Below are positions 19,782 to 32,860 of a stretch of DNA of 64,000 bases, one piece after another. Positions within the stretch are counted from its first letter, which is position 1. Every line of letters starts with the position of its first letter. Source of the DNA: the human T2T-CHM13v2.0 reference genome, Homo sapiens; the NCBI RefSeq assembly GCF_009914755.1, contig NC_060928.1, one strand, 5' to 3'. A model generated the notes under the pieces. The model worked only from the letters and a program-made list of their open reading frames with translations. It ran no database searches and was not told where the DNA came from. The translations under genes were made by a program, and so were the position numbers.

Positions 19782-22535
19782 CAGAACCTCCCCTAATATT
19801 TGCAGGATCTAGAGCAAGGATATTGGCAATTCCCTTCAGCCAAAGACCACCAAGAACATCCTTGTAGCATGATTAAATTATTGATTTCTTGCAAGGAGGA
19901 AGAATGTTTATCATGAAGGACATGGATCTTCTCAATAAGAGGGCACTTGAAAGGCCTTACAGGATTTGGGCTCAGGGTAAGTAGTTCTGAAGAGAGTTTA
20001 AGGATGTGAGACTTTGCTGAGGGGTTGGGTGCTTTCAGGAAGTGAGTGGAATTTTATATTTGAGAATCTTAATGATTCTTATCTAGAAAAATTATAAGAA
20101 AGTAGAGGCGAAGTTGCACTGATAAGGAAGTAGCAGTCTCTCATAGTAACAAGGAGAGGAGGATGTTTGTTTGGTCACTTCTCATCTTGAAAAATGTTCT
20201 TGTTCTCAGAGCATGATTCCAGAGTGGTCCTGTTTTTGCCTTGCTCCCTCATGGTCCCAGGGCAGCCTTGTCTGGCATTGGTGTTCTGTGACACTGTCCA
20301 CGGTCCACAGGAGAATTCCACAATCTGGCTATAAGTACTAAGCCAGCTCCTTGCCACCCGAAAGCTTAGCTGAGAGGAGGCCAGCTCTCAGGTGTGTAAG
20401 GCCATGTATCTAAGTATTTCAAGTTAAAAATCAACCTAACTGTTAAATGAAGTATGTTTTATCCTCCTACTTTTACAAATACGTTCATAACAGCAAGACT
20501 GAAGAGGCTATGTAAAGCTACGGTTTTTAAATGAATGAAAGTTGGCAAAATATTTAAAAAGACAATTTAATTACTATTCTGCAGATCTGGATATTCTGTT
20601 GATGAGTCTGTGATGTTCGTATGACTAATAAAAGAAATTGTGTATTTTTCATGAAATTTTTTTGCCTACAACTCAGAAAAATCACTAATTATGTTGTTAG
20701 AGTGAAAGCTTCTACATAATTTTGTTCTACTGACAAAAGTGATCTAATACATTTAAAATAAAATGTATGGTATTCACTATATATAAAATGCGGATATATT
20801 TTCACCAAAAATAAAAAAGAAAATTAAAATTATATATATTTCCAAAAACAATGATTTTCTTCTAATATATTCCATATTATTAAAATGAAAGGGCAAAATA
20901 AATATTACTATTAAGTATCAAAATATCAAGTAAAATTATGTAAAGAAAACTAAAATCTAATTTAATATTTTAAAAATATGTGTAAATCTATTACATATAT
21001 TTATGAAAATTAAACTGATAAAGGACAGGGACAGGGAAGTGCTGGGAGGAGAAGAGTGGTGTCCCTGGCGAGGGCTCCATCCCTGGGCCTGCGCCCACAG
21101 ACCTACGTGAGGACAGCCACTCCTGTTTTCGTGCCCAAGTGTTGCATTTTCCAAGACCACCCTGGCCCGCCATGCCCTCCATCCTGTGCCTATAAAAATC
21201 CCGAGACTCTACTGGGCATGCATACAAGCAGCTGGACGTTGAGAGGAACACACCAGAAGAAGGGCACACAGGTGGCTGGACGTCGTGGCTGGAGAGGAGC
21301 AGAGGAGTGGAAGAACACACCAACGGGCACCAGCGACGCCTGTCAGACACAGACGCCGTCAGGCAATTGATCAGCGGAACAACACAGACTCCGAGGGGAA
21401 TTTGGCTGGAGTAGTCGGAGGAGAGTCCAGCCACTGAGCAGCCCAACTCCAGGGGAAAACCACCTTCCCACTCCACACACCTTCTGGTCCCCCATACATC
21501 TGCTGAGAGCTACTTCCACCACTCAAGAAAGCCTTGCACTCATTCTCTAAGCCCACGAATGATCCGATTTTTCCTGTACACCAAGGCAAGAACCCCAGAA
21601 TATAGAAAGCCCTCTGTCTTTGCAGTAAGGACACGAGCCATCTACAGACGGCAAAACTAAAAGAGCACACTATAACATGCCCACTATGGCTTCAGGAGCT
21701 GTAAACATTCACGCCTAGATGCTGCGGCGGGGTCAGAGCTCATGCTCCCCACAACCTGCCTGTCTACCTGCTCCCACTAGGGGTTTTGAGCAGCGGGGCA
21801 CTGAGGAAGCAAGCCACACCCCCAGCACATGCCCTGTGAGGGGGACAAGGGAACTTTTCCCATTTCAAAACCATTCATGATTCTGGCATTCGCTGTCCAT
21901 CGAGTTGCCAATGCAAAGAATTGCTATCACCCTTCACCAGTATTACATCTAGACCTACATATCTAAAATGTAAGTGATAGGAAATGTAATATTGAAAAAC
22001 GCACCTCAGCAACCATGTACAAACTGTGGAAAGTACTTTGCTTTTTTCGTAAGTATCTCTAGATCCACAAATTGAAACGTGAAGAGAACATGGACTCTCA
22101 GCACTACTGGGAAATGATATTTCATGATGCAAGAAGCCGTTGCACTTATGCTCTCTGAGAGGAAGAGTTTGATGAGTTAATTTGTCTTTTTCTCTTACTT
22201 ATATACTTTTGCCATTCAAATCCTTTTTGCTTCCTGAGGTACTTTACATCTTCAATATTGGCAGCAGTACAATCAACACCACACATGACATGAAGACATA
22301 CTCACCTTTCGTTCAAGGACAGTGGGAAAGCAATGTGAGAAGCATTTCTCTGGGGCCTGAAGCGTTAGTCAGGAGGGCAGTTGGTTACGGCCATAGGTCA
22401 CGCTGCAATTGCATTGAGCTCCAGAAATCAATGGATGGAGGTACCCATGCACTCTTTAAAAATTTTACATTTTGTGTGTATATTTGTGATAAACAGGGTC
22501 CCCCAAAGCATAGGGCTTGATGCAGGGTCCCCTCT
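19782..22535 (-). mobile_element. Possible very old hAT (Tip100/Zaphod-like) remnant, interrupted by LTRs
   Basis: Minus-strand translation around 20480-20600 gives EYPDL...LK...SLAVM, resembling the hAT C-terminal dimerisation region. Degenerate TIR-like ends; boundaries weak. Confidence 0.3.
21016..21867 (+). mobile_element. LTR1-family ERV1 solo LTR
   Basis: TG...CA ends, GC-rich, TATA-like cctataaaaa at ~21190, terminal gggaacttttcccatttca, perfect 4-bp TSD AAAC (21012-21015, 21868-21871). Confidence 0.85.
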
Positions 22536-24769
22536 TGCTCACACCATTGGGATCTTCCTCTTCTCTTTCAAAACCAGCCAAGTTTGACCAAAGGAGAATA
22601 TGCGTGAGTACCTGACCAAAGCCAAAGCCATTGGAGTTTGCAAACTCCTGTAACAATGGTAGAAGTTTCTCAGAGGAAAGAAAACGTATCAGGATTTGGG
22701 GACTGGACATAGAAGTCCCCAGAAAGAGGAGCAGGGATGAAAGAGAAAGAAAGCCCATTTAGGTTACTCTGCTTTCAAATGCCTAAATCAATAAGGCATT
22801 ATGTAGCACAGGGGAATGCAATAAGTTATAGGCATGGTTCCCTCTTCACTGAACTGCTCTTTTTGAGGTACATCTGACCTTTTAGTAAATAACTTTTCAT
22901 ATCTGCCTTATAGATTGTTAGATATTTGATATGGGGAAATTAGAAAGTATTGGGGAATAGAAAAGTAATGACCCCATTCTGGGAGACTCTGATGGATATT
23001 GAGGACAATTGTTGGAGAGCTGTTCGCTGGTCATTAACCATAGCAAAGGGACCACAGACACAGATTAAATTCCCTGAGTTACACCGCCCCCACCGGCCCC
23101 CATAATCTATTAGCAGGAAACTCCATATGAGACAGTCCTAACCCAAGTTACTCTTGAAAGTTTCCTTAAAATATGTAATATCAACTTTTTTGCAATTGAG
23201 AACCCCAAGTCCACCCCATTCCTTCCAAATATGTAAAATTTTACATTCCTAGGGGCCATATTTTTGACATTTTGGACAGCCAAGCTTGGGAAGTAGCTTC
23301 ATCTACTAGAGATAAGGTTCATCAAGCAACATTGGCCTCATAACCCCCACTGCCCGTAGATCTCCATAACCTTTTTTTATTCATTTTAGGAAGATTTAAC
23401 ACATGGATTCTATGTCAGGCATTGTGATCATCTGTTGAAGTTACCTGACATGACAGTCTTCAGCCTTAAGTAGTTTAGCAGAGTCTGTCAAAAAATGCTA
23501 TTCCTTCTACATTAAAATAATCCACTGTTTCAAACCATAGAGTAACTTAGATCTCTGGCCTTACAGGAAGAATCACTGTCTATTATAAGCTTTTAAAAAT
23601 TGCATTAAGTGGAAGGGAAAACTATTTTAAATCATCTTGGTGTTACTGTAATAGTTTATGAATTGGGGAAATTTATTCATGCATAATGATATTGCATCCT
23701 ATCAAACTACTGGGTGGTTGTTGACATTGGTTGGAGGCTTTTTGCCATGGACATGCAGATACTAACCTCAGATAACTCCTGTGTTTGAGCCTTTAGTCTT
23801 CATGGGTCAATGTACTAGTCAGGGTTCCCCAGAAAAACAGAACCAACAGGACATGTTTGTGCTTTATTTCAATCTACCGACACTGGGAAATGTGATTTGT
23901 TGATGTTTGCTGTGCTACCATCAGTCAAATAGAGGTTTACTCCTGAAAACCTATGCAAAATGCTATACAGCAGCAGTTCCTGGTTCCATCTTTCCTCCTT
24001 AGAGTTATGTAGCTAATTCTCCCCAGATACCCAAAGATGAACAAAAGTAATAAAATCTCAAGATGCACTGGCTCCTATTTTGTAAGTAGGCTGAAGGGCT
24101 CTGGGGATTAAGGAAAATGAAAGTAGAGAAAGAACTAACTCCATTATTAAACAGCACCTGCATCTCTGCAATGTAAAATAACTGCCCCTACAAACCACCC
24201 AATGATTGTAAACATACCAATACCGGAATTTAATCAGTTAATGACTATACAATTAAAATGAGTCATCTACAATCATAGCCCTCAGAGCATCTAACTGGCT
24301 AATGTTTTATGGTGGAATGTCTTTTGATATTTAATACCCGGCTTTCATAAAATACACCTTTCAGCACAAATTATTTTGGCTGACGTTTACATGGGAAAGT
24401 TTTGTATTTATATCCCTAAATCTTATTAAAACATATTAAACAATGTAGTCAAATTCAGTGAGTCCAAATACAACTGTTAAAATGTCAGACCTTACACAGA
24501 CTTTTTTAAAAGCTGAAGATTGCCAAAAGAAGGGAAGTGCAATGTATTACTGCATGCAAAGCAATTGCTTATTAACCACTACTCTTATTGTTTGGTGATC
24601 AGAAAGCCATACTGTAAGCATTTTAGAATCTATTGCTTGTGTATATAAGTAATATACATAATTACTGCTTTAGTTCCATTTAAGAAACAGGTGGAATGGG
24701 AGTGCTACAGCATACTTTTATTTTCTATTTAAAGTAATGGGGAATGAGCTACAAGTTAGCATTTGTTTC

Positions 24770-25300
24770 ACAGAATGTGTATGATCCAGAAACAAAATAC
24801 CGATGAGCAATTTGCCAGCTATGTGCAACAAAAATGAATCTTACAAACGTAAAATCAAACATGAGAACTCAGACAAACACAGATGGTATGACTGCATTTA
24901 TATAAAGTTTTAAAAGCAGACAAAACCAAACTCTAGTATTTAGGGATATATGCTTCAATGGTAAAACTATAAATAAAAGCAAGGAAGCAAATTCCAAAAA
25001 ACAAGATTGTGGTTTCCTTTGCAAGGAAAGAATGAAATAGTGATTGGGAGGGTGCATTAAGAGCATGTCTGGAGCAATGGTAATGTATGTAAACTGGTAT
25101 TTGCTTTGTAATAAATAAATGAGAAATGAACTATGCTTATGTGTATACAGTTTTCTGTTTATGTTCTTTATTGCATAATGTAAATGTTGGGAAAAATAAC
25201 TTGTGGATATAGTTAGATGTCAAGAGTCTGTTTTAAGAAGGCTAATACTCTGATGCACTAATTCCACCTTTACAAATCTACCTTATAGACATAATCTCTT
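24770..25300 (+). mobile_element. Old L1ME/MC 3' fragments (host of the full-length L1; resumes ~31670-31960)
   Basis: Degenerate L1 3' motifs on both sides of the younger L1 (aattccacctt, aacctaaaatccaacaat, aaatggcttaaataaattat). Confidence 0.55.
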
Positions 25301-25320
25301 TTTAAAAAGTCTTACCACTC

Positions 25321-28300
25321 GAGGCGGGGCGGGGGCAAGATGGCTGCCTAGAAACACCTGCAGTTGGAGGCTCCCACTGAGAAGAAAGAAAACGGCAAGT
25401 TAATCCTAAACCGGCAACTGAGGTTCTCTCGTTGGGACTGACTAGACAGCGCAACATATGGACAGCGGAGAAAAAGCAGAGCGAGTTATGGCCCACCAGG
25501 GAGCAGCATGGGGCAAGGGGAGCTCCCATCCCCAGTCAAGGTAGGCAGTGAGTGTGTTACTCCACCCGGGAAACTATGCTTTTTCCACGGATCTGTGCAA
25601 CCTGTGGATCAGATCCCCTCGTGAGCCCATGCTACCCGGGCCTTGGGTCCCAAGCCCAGAGCTGTGTAGATTCTTGGCCGCCACTTTGCTGGAAACTGCC
25701 TAAGACTACCGAGCCCCCGGGTGGAGGGGCGGCCATCATCAGTGTGGCTGCCAGCTGCCTAAGATGACTGAGCTCCTGGGGGAGGTGCAGCAGCCATCAC
25801 TGCAGCTCCAGTCTGTCGTTTTCCCTGCCGGTGCCAGGGAGATTGGGTGGTTTGGACCCAGGAGGAATTCTCCACAGCCCAACAGCTGTGGTAGATCATG
25901 GCCAGACTGTCTTTTTAGGCCAGACCCTGGCCCATCCCTCCTCACTGGGTGGGGCCTCCCTGTGGGAACTTCAGCAACTCCAGCCAGGGGTTTATAGACA
26001 GAACTCTGATCTCCCTGGGATGAAGCCCCTGTGGAGAGGGGCAGCCACCGTCTCCATTAATCAGTAGACTTAAATCTTTCTCTCTGTTGGCTCTGAGGGG
26101 TCCGGGCTGTCCCCGACTAATGAGATTCCCCCCAGTGCAGCACACCCCCTCTACCAAGGGGCAGCCAGAGTGCTTCATTAAGTGAGTCCCTGATCCCATG
26201 CCTCTTGACTGGGTGAGACACCACCAACAGAAGTCACCAGACACCTTATGCAGGGGCATTCCTGCTAGCATCAGTTTGGTGCCCCTCTGGGACAGAGCTC
26301 CCAGAGGAAGGAGCAGGCAGTCATCTTTGCTGTTCTGTAGCTTCCGGGAGTGACACCTCCAGGTGCAGGATGGACCCCCAGCAAACTGCAGCAACCCTAC
26401 AGAAGAGGGGCCTCTTAAAAGAAAAACAAACAAACAAAAGAAAGCAACAACAACAGCACCAACAAAAAAGTCTCCACAAAAACCCCATCCAAAGGTCAGC
26501 AGCCTCAAAGATCGAAGCTAGATAAACTCATGAAGATGAGAAAGAATCAATGAAAAAATGCTGAAAACTCAAAAAGCCAGAGTGCCTCTTCTCCTCCAAA
26601 TAATTGCAACACCTCTCCAGCAAGGGCACAGAACTGGGCTGAGGCTGAGATGGATGAACTGACAGAAGTAGGCTTCAGAAGGTAGGTAATAATGAAATTC
26701 AATGAGCTGAAAGAGCATGTTCTAACCCAAAGCAGAGAAGCTAAGAACATGATAAAACATTGTAGGAGCCATTAACCAGAATAACAAGTTTAGAGAGGAA
26801 CATACATGACCTAATGGAGCCAAAAAACACAACACAAGAACTTCACAATGCAACCACAAGTATCAATAGCTGAATAGAGCAAGCAGAGGAAAGAATTTCA
26901 GAGCTTGAAGACTACCTTGCTGAAATAAGACAGAAAGACAAGATTGGAGGAAAAAGAATGAACAAAACTTCTGAGAACTATGGAATTAGGTAAAAAGACT
27001 GAACCTACGACTGATTGGGGTGCCTGAAAGAAACAGGGAGAAGAGAACCAAGTTGGGAAACATACTTTAGAATATCATCCAGGAGAACTTCCTTAACCTA
27101 GCAAGACAGGCCAACATGCAAATTCAGAAAATCCAGAGAGCTCCAGTAAGATACTCCATGAAAAGGTCAACCCCAAGACACATAATCTTCAGATTTCCCA
27201 AGGTTGAAATGCAGGAAAAAATGTTAAGGGTAGCCAGAGAGAAAGGTTAGGTCACATACAAAGGGAAGCCCATCAGACTAACAGTGGACCTCCCAGCAGA
27301 AACTCTATAAGCCAAAAGAGATTTGGGGCCAATATTCAATATTCAACAGTCCTAAAGAAAAGAATTTCCAACCCAGAATTTCATATCCAGCCAAACTAAG
27401 CTTCATAAGCAAAGGAGAAATATAATTCTTTTCAGTCAAGCAAATGCTGAGGGAATTTGTCACCACCAGCCCTGCCTTGCAAGAGCTCTTGAAGGAAGCA
27501 CTAAATATGGAAAGGAAAAATCATTACTAGCTGCTACAAAAACTCACTGAAGTACAAACACCAATGACACTATGAAACAACTACACCAACAAGTCTGCAA
27601 AATAACCAGCTAGCATCATGATGACAGGATCAAATTCACAAAAGACAATAACAACTTAAATGGAAATGGTCTAAATGCCCCAATTAAAAGACACAGAATG
27701 GCAAGCTTGATAAAGAGTCAACACCCATCAGTGTACTGTATGCAAGAGACCCATCTCATATGCAAAGACACACATAGACTCAAAATACAGGGATGAAAAA
27801 AAAATTACCTAGCAAATGGAAAGCATAAAAAAAGCAGAGTTTGCAATCCTAGTTTCTGAAAAAACAGCCTTTAAACCAACAAAGATAAAAAAAAAAAAGA
27901 CAAAGAAAGGCATTACATAATGGTAAAGGGATCAATTCAACAAGAAGAGGCTAACTATCCTAAATATATATGCACCCGATACCAGAGCACATAGATTCAT
28001 AAAACAAGTTGTTAGAGACCTACCAAGAGACTTAGACTCCCACATATTACTAGTGGGAGACTTTAACACCTCATTGTCAATATTAGATCATCAAGACAGA
28101 AAATTAAGAAAGATATTCAGGAATTGAACTCAGCTCTGGATCGAGTGAACCTGATAGATAGCTACAGAACTCTCCACACAAAAACAACAGAATATACATT
28201 CTCAGCACCACATGGCACTTACTCTAAAATCTATCACGTAATTGGAAGTAAAACACTCCTCAGCAAATGCAAAAGAACTGAAATAATGGCAAACAGTCTC

Positions 28301-31300
28301 TCAGACCACAGCACAGTCAAATTAGAACTCAAAATTAAGAAACCCACTCTAAACCACACAACTACATGAAATTGAACAACCTGCTCCTGAATGACTCTTG
28401 GGAAAATAATGAAATTAAGGCAGAAATCAAGAAGTTATTTGAAACCTATGAGAAAAAAGAGACAACATACCATAATCTCTGGGATGCAGGTAAACCAGTG
28501 TTAAAAGGGAAATTTATAGCACTAAATGCCCACATCAAAAAGCTAGAAAGATCTCAAATTGACACCCTAACATCACAATTAAAAGAACTAGAGAACCAAG
28601 AGCAAACAAACCCCAAAGTTAGCAGAAGACAAAAAATAACCAATATCAGAGCAGAACTGAAAGAGATAGATACACAAAAACCCTTCAAAAAAATCAGTGA
28701 ATCCAGCAGCTGGTTTTTTGAAAATATTAATAAAATAGATTGCTAGCTAGACTAATAAAGAAGAAAAGAAAGAAGAATCAAATTGACACAATAAAAAATG
28801 ATAGAAGGGATATCACCACTGACCCCATAGGAATACAAACAAACATCAGAGAATACTATAAATATCTCTATGCAAATAGACCAGAAAATCTAGAAGAAAT
28901 GGATATTCCTGCACATGTACACCCTCTCAAGACTGAACCAGGAAGAAGTTGAATCCCTGAATAGAACAAAAACAGGTTCTGAAATTTAAGCAGTAATAAA
29001 TAGCCTACCAACCAAAAAAAGCCCAGGACTAGGCAGATTTACAGGTGAATTACATCAGAGGCACAAAGAGGAGCTGGTACCATTTCTTCTGAAACTATTC
29101 CAAACAATTGAAAAGGAGGGACTCCTCCCTGACTCACTTTATGAGGCCAACATTATCCTAATACCAAAACCTGGCAGAGATACAACAAAAAAAGAAAACT
29201 TCAGGCCAATATCTTTGATGAACATTGATGCAAGAATTCTCAATAAAATACAGGCAAACCAAATCCAGAGAGTAAGTCAAAAAGCTTATCTACCACAATC
29301 AAGTCAGCTTCATCCCTGGGATGCAAGGCTGGTTCTACATACACAAATCAATAAACGTAATCCATCACATAAACAGAACTAAAGACAAAAACCACATGAT
29401 TATCTCAATAAATGCAGAAAAGGCCTTTGCTAAAATTCAACATCCCTTCATGTTAAAAACTCTCAATAAATTAGGTATTGATGGAACAAGCCTCAAAATA
29501 ATAAGAGCAATTTATGACAAGTCCACAGCCAATATTATACTGAATGGGCAAAAGCTGGAAGCTTTCCCTTTGAAAACCAGCACAAGACAAGGATACCCTC
29601 TCTCAACACTTCTATTCAACATAATAATGGGAAGTTCTGGCCAGTACAGTCAGGCAAGAGAAAGAAATAAATGGTATTCAAATAGGAAGAGAGGAAGTCA
29701 AATTGTCTCTGTTTGCAGATGACATGATCATATATTTAGAAAACCCCATCATCTTAGCCCAAATCATTCTTAAGCTGATGAGATATTTCAGCAAAGTCTC
29801 AGGATACAAAGTCATCGTGCAAAAATCACAAGCATTCCTATGCACCAACAATAGACAAGGAGAGAGCCAAATCGTGAATGAACTCCCATTCACAATTGCT
29901 ACAAAGACAACTAAGTACCTAGGAATACAGCTAAGAAGGGAAGTGAAGGACCTTTTCAAAGAGAACTACAAACCACTGCTCAAAGAAATCAGAGAGGTCA
30001 CAAACAAATGGAAAAACATTACATGCTCATGGATAGGAAGAATCAATATCATGAAAATGGCCATACTGCCCAAAGTATTTTATAGATTTGATGCTATTCT
30101 TATTAAATAATTATTGACATTCTTCAGAGATTTAGAAAAAACTATAAAATTCATATGGAATGAAGAAAGAGCCTGTGCAACCAAGACAATTCAATTCTTA
30201 GCAAAAAGAACAAATCTGGAAGCATCATGCTACCTGACTTCAAACTACACTGCAAGGCTGCAGTAACCAAAACAGCAGGGTACTCATACAAAAACAGACA
30301 CATAGACCAGTGGAACAGAAAAAAGAACCCAGAAATAAAACCGCACATCTACAACCATCTGATCTTTGACAAACCTGAAAAAAACAAGCAATGGGAAATG
30401 ATCCCCTTTTTAATAAATGGTGCTGGGAGAACTGGCTAGTCATATGCAGAAAATTGAAACTGGATTCCTTCCTTACACTATATGCAAAAATTAACTCAAG
30501 ATGGATTAAAGACTTAACTGTAAAACCCAAAACTATAAAAACCCTAGAAGAAAATCTGGGCAATATTGTTCAGGACATAGGCATGGGCAAAGATTTCATG
30601 ACAAAAACTTCAAAAGCAATTGCAACAAAAGCAAAAATTGACAAATGCAATCTGATTAAACTAAAGAGCTTCTGCGCAGAAAAAACAAACTATCATCAGA
30701 GCAGAGAGACAACCTACAGAATGAGAGAAAAATTTTGCAATCCATCCATCTGACAAATGTCTAATATCCAGAATCTACAAAGAACTTAAACAAATTTACA
30801 AGAAAAAAATAACCTCATTAAAAATTGGGCAAAGCACATGAACAGACACTTCTCAAAAGAAGACATATATACAGCCAATAAACATATGAAAAAAAGCTCA
30901 ACATCACTGATCGTTAGAGAAATGCAAATCAAAACCACAATAAGATACCATCTCATGCCAGTCAAAATGGCTATTATTAAAAAGTCAAGAAACAACAGAT
31001 GTTGGCAAGGCTATGGAGAAATAGGAACACTTTTACACTGCTGGTGGGAATGTAAACTAGTTCAACCATTGAGGAAGACAGTGTGGCAATTCCAAAGACC
31101 TAGAACCAGAAACACCATTTGATCCAGCAATGCCATTACTGGGTATACCCAAAGGAATATAAATCATTTTACTATAAAGATATATGCACAGGTATGTTTA
31201 TTGCAGCACTATTTACAATAACAAAGATGTGGAATCAACCTAACTGCCCATCAGTGACAGACTGGATAAAGAAAATGTAGTATATATACATCATGAAATA

Positions 31301-31653
31301 CTATGCAGCCATACAAAGGAATGAGATCATGTTCTTTGCAGGGACATGGATGGAGCTTAGAAGCCATTATCCTCAACAAGCTAACACAGGAACAGAAAAC
31401 CAAACACTGCACGTTCTTACTTATAAGTGTTCTCACTTACAACAATGAGAACACATGGACACATACAGCAAAACAACAACACACTGGGTCTGTTGGGCAG
31501 GGGGTCGGGGGAGGGAGAGCATCAGGATAAATAGCTAACGCATGCTGTGCTTAATACGTAGGCGATGGGTTGATAGGTGCAGCAAACCACAATGGCACAC
31601 ATGTACCTATGAAAACCTGCACATTCTGCACATGTATCCTGGAACTTAAAATT
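25321..31653 (+). mobile_element. Full-length inactive L1 (L1PA8-like, ~6.3 kb)
   Basis: 5' UTR starting ggggcaagatggc, ORF1 remnant from ~26530, ORF2 remnant from ~27618 (EN; RT with FADD in ORF 29703-30110; C-rich domain), G-rich 3' UTR. TSD aaaagtcttaccact (25305-25319) / aaaagccttatccct (31654-31668) at a TTTT/AAAA site. Many stops and frameshifts. Confidence 0.95.
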
Positions 31654-32099
31654 AAAAGCCTTATCCCTAATGATATTCACTGAAAAATTATTAACACTTG
31701 GGAAATGAAGATAACCTAAAATCCAACAATGAGAAAATGGCTTAAATAAATTATATTTGTAAACTATCTGGCCCAATTATAAATACAGTACAACTATGAC
31801 TATATATTTTTTAAAATTCTATCCATGAAAACAGACTTAAAAGACAATAAAATATTAAGAGCAAGTTTGGGTAGTGGGATTATAGCTGATTTCTTTCCTT
31901 CATGTTTTACCTAATTTCTCTACTTTGCTTTAATTAGTTCTTATTAATTTAAAATTTTAAGAAAATAGACTGCTGCTCAATTTGGGCAGGACTTTTATAC
32001 AATCATGACTTACCAAAATGCATTTATATTTAAGTGTGCAATTTGTTGTAGTTTCAAAAGCCTCCTTTCTTTAAAGCTTCCTACAAACTTCACGAAGAA

Positions 32100-32225
32100 T
32101 TATCATTTCTTGATCAGCTGAAGAAATAAAGGCACAGAGAGCTTAAGTAACTTGGCCTAAGTCACAGAGCCAGGAAGTGGAGGAGCCAGAATTCGAAACC
32201 ATAGTTGCTGATTTTAAATTCTGAA
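32100..32225 (-). mobile_element. MIR fragment
   Basis: Core motif ggcacagagagcttaagtaacttggcctaagtcacagagccaggaagtgg. Confidence 0.75.
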
Positions 32226-32239
32226 ATTCATTAAATTAT

Positions 32240-32409
32240 GGATCACCTGAGGTCAGGAGTTCGAGACCAGCCTGGCAAACATGGCGAAATGCCATATCTA
32301 CTAAAAATATAAAAATTAGTTGGGCGTGGTGGTGGGCACCTGTAGTCCCAGCTACTTGGAAAGCTGAGGCAAGAGAATCATTTGAACCTGGAAGGCAGAA
32401 GTTGCAGTG
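32240..32409 (+). mobile_element. Internal AluS fragment truncated at both ends
   Basis: Runs from ggatcacctgagg to gttgcagtg; no head, no poly(A) tail, no TSD. Confidence 0.9.
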
Positions 32410-32545
32410 GATTTATTGATATAAAACATATGTAACTTAAAATTTACCATTTTAACCGTTAAGTGTACACTAGTGTCATTAAGCAATAGTCACCACTATC
32501 TATTTCCAGAACTTTTTCATCATCCCAAATAGAAACTCTAACTAT

Positions 32546-32860
32546 TGTTGGAGGAAAAACTGGGTTCTTGTCACATGACCAGGAAATATTAGATTTGCAG
32601 ACAATTTGAAGGGAGAGGGGGATGGAATTTATTGGGCAAAAAGGAAAAAGGAAAAACTACACAGCCAGGTGAGAGGGGTTCCTGTTAACAGGCCCTCATA
32701 TCACAGACTGAATCCCAGGTTACCACATAGAAACAGGAGCGGAGGGACCAGGCTCCTCCCTGCTGTAAACAGCCTGAATTTCTCGAAGCCCTACCCCATC
32801 CTCCCAGTGTGCAGGCCAGTTGGGGATTCCCCAGGGAGGCCCTTTTACTTGGCTGTCTCA
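32546..32860 (-). mobile_element. MER61-type LTR (3' LTR of the provirus)
   Basis: Minus strand TGAGACAGCCAAGTAAAAGGG...CCAACA with AATAAA (tttatt near 32627). Preceded by polypurine tract AGAGTGGGGAA. Confidence 0.82.

Noticed and set aside
20480-20640. Possible Helitron/PIF1 helicase motif (LYIASS) on the minus strand
   Set aside because: Too short, with no neighbouring helicase motifs; a decayed hAT reading fits better.
28124-31122. Cluster of ORFs resembling endonuclease and reverse transcriptase
   Set aside because: Frameshifted pieces of L1 ORF2; not a novel RT system and not intact.
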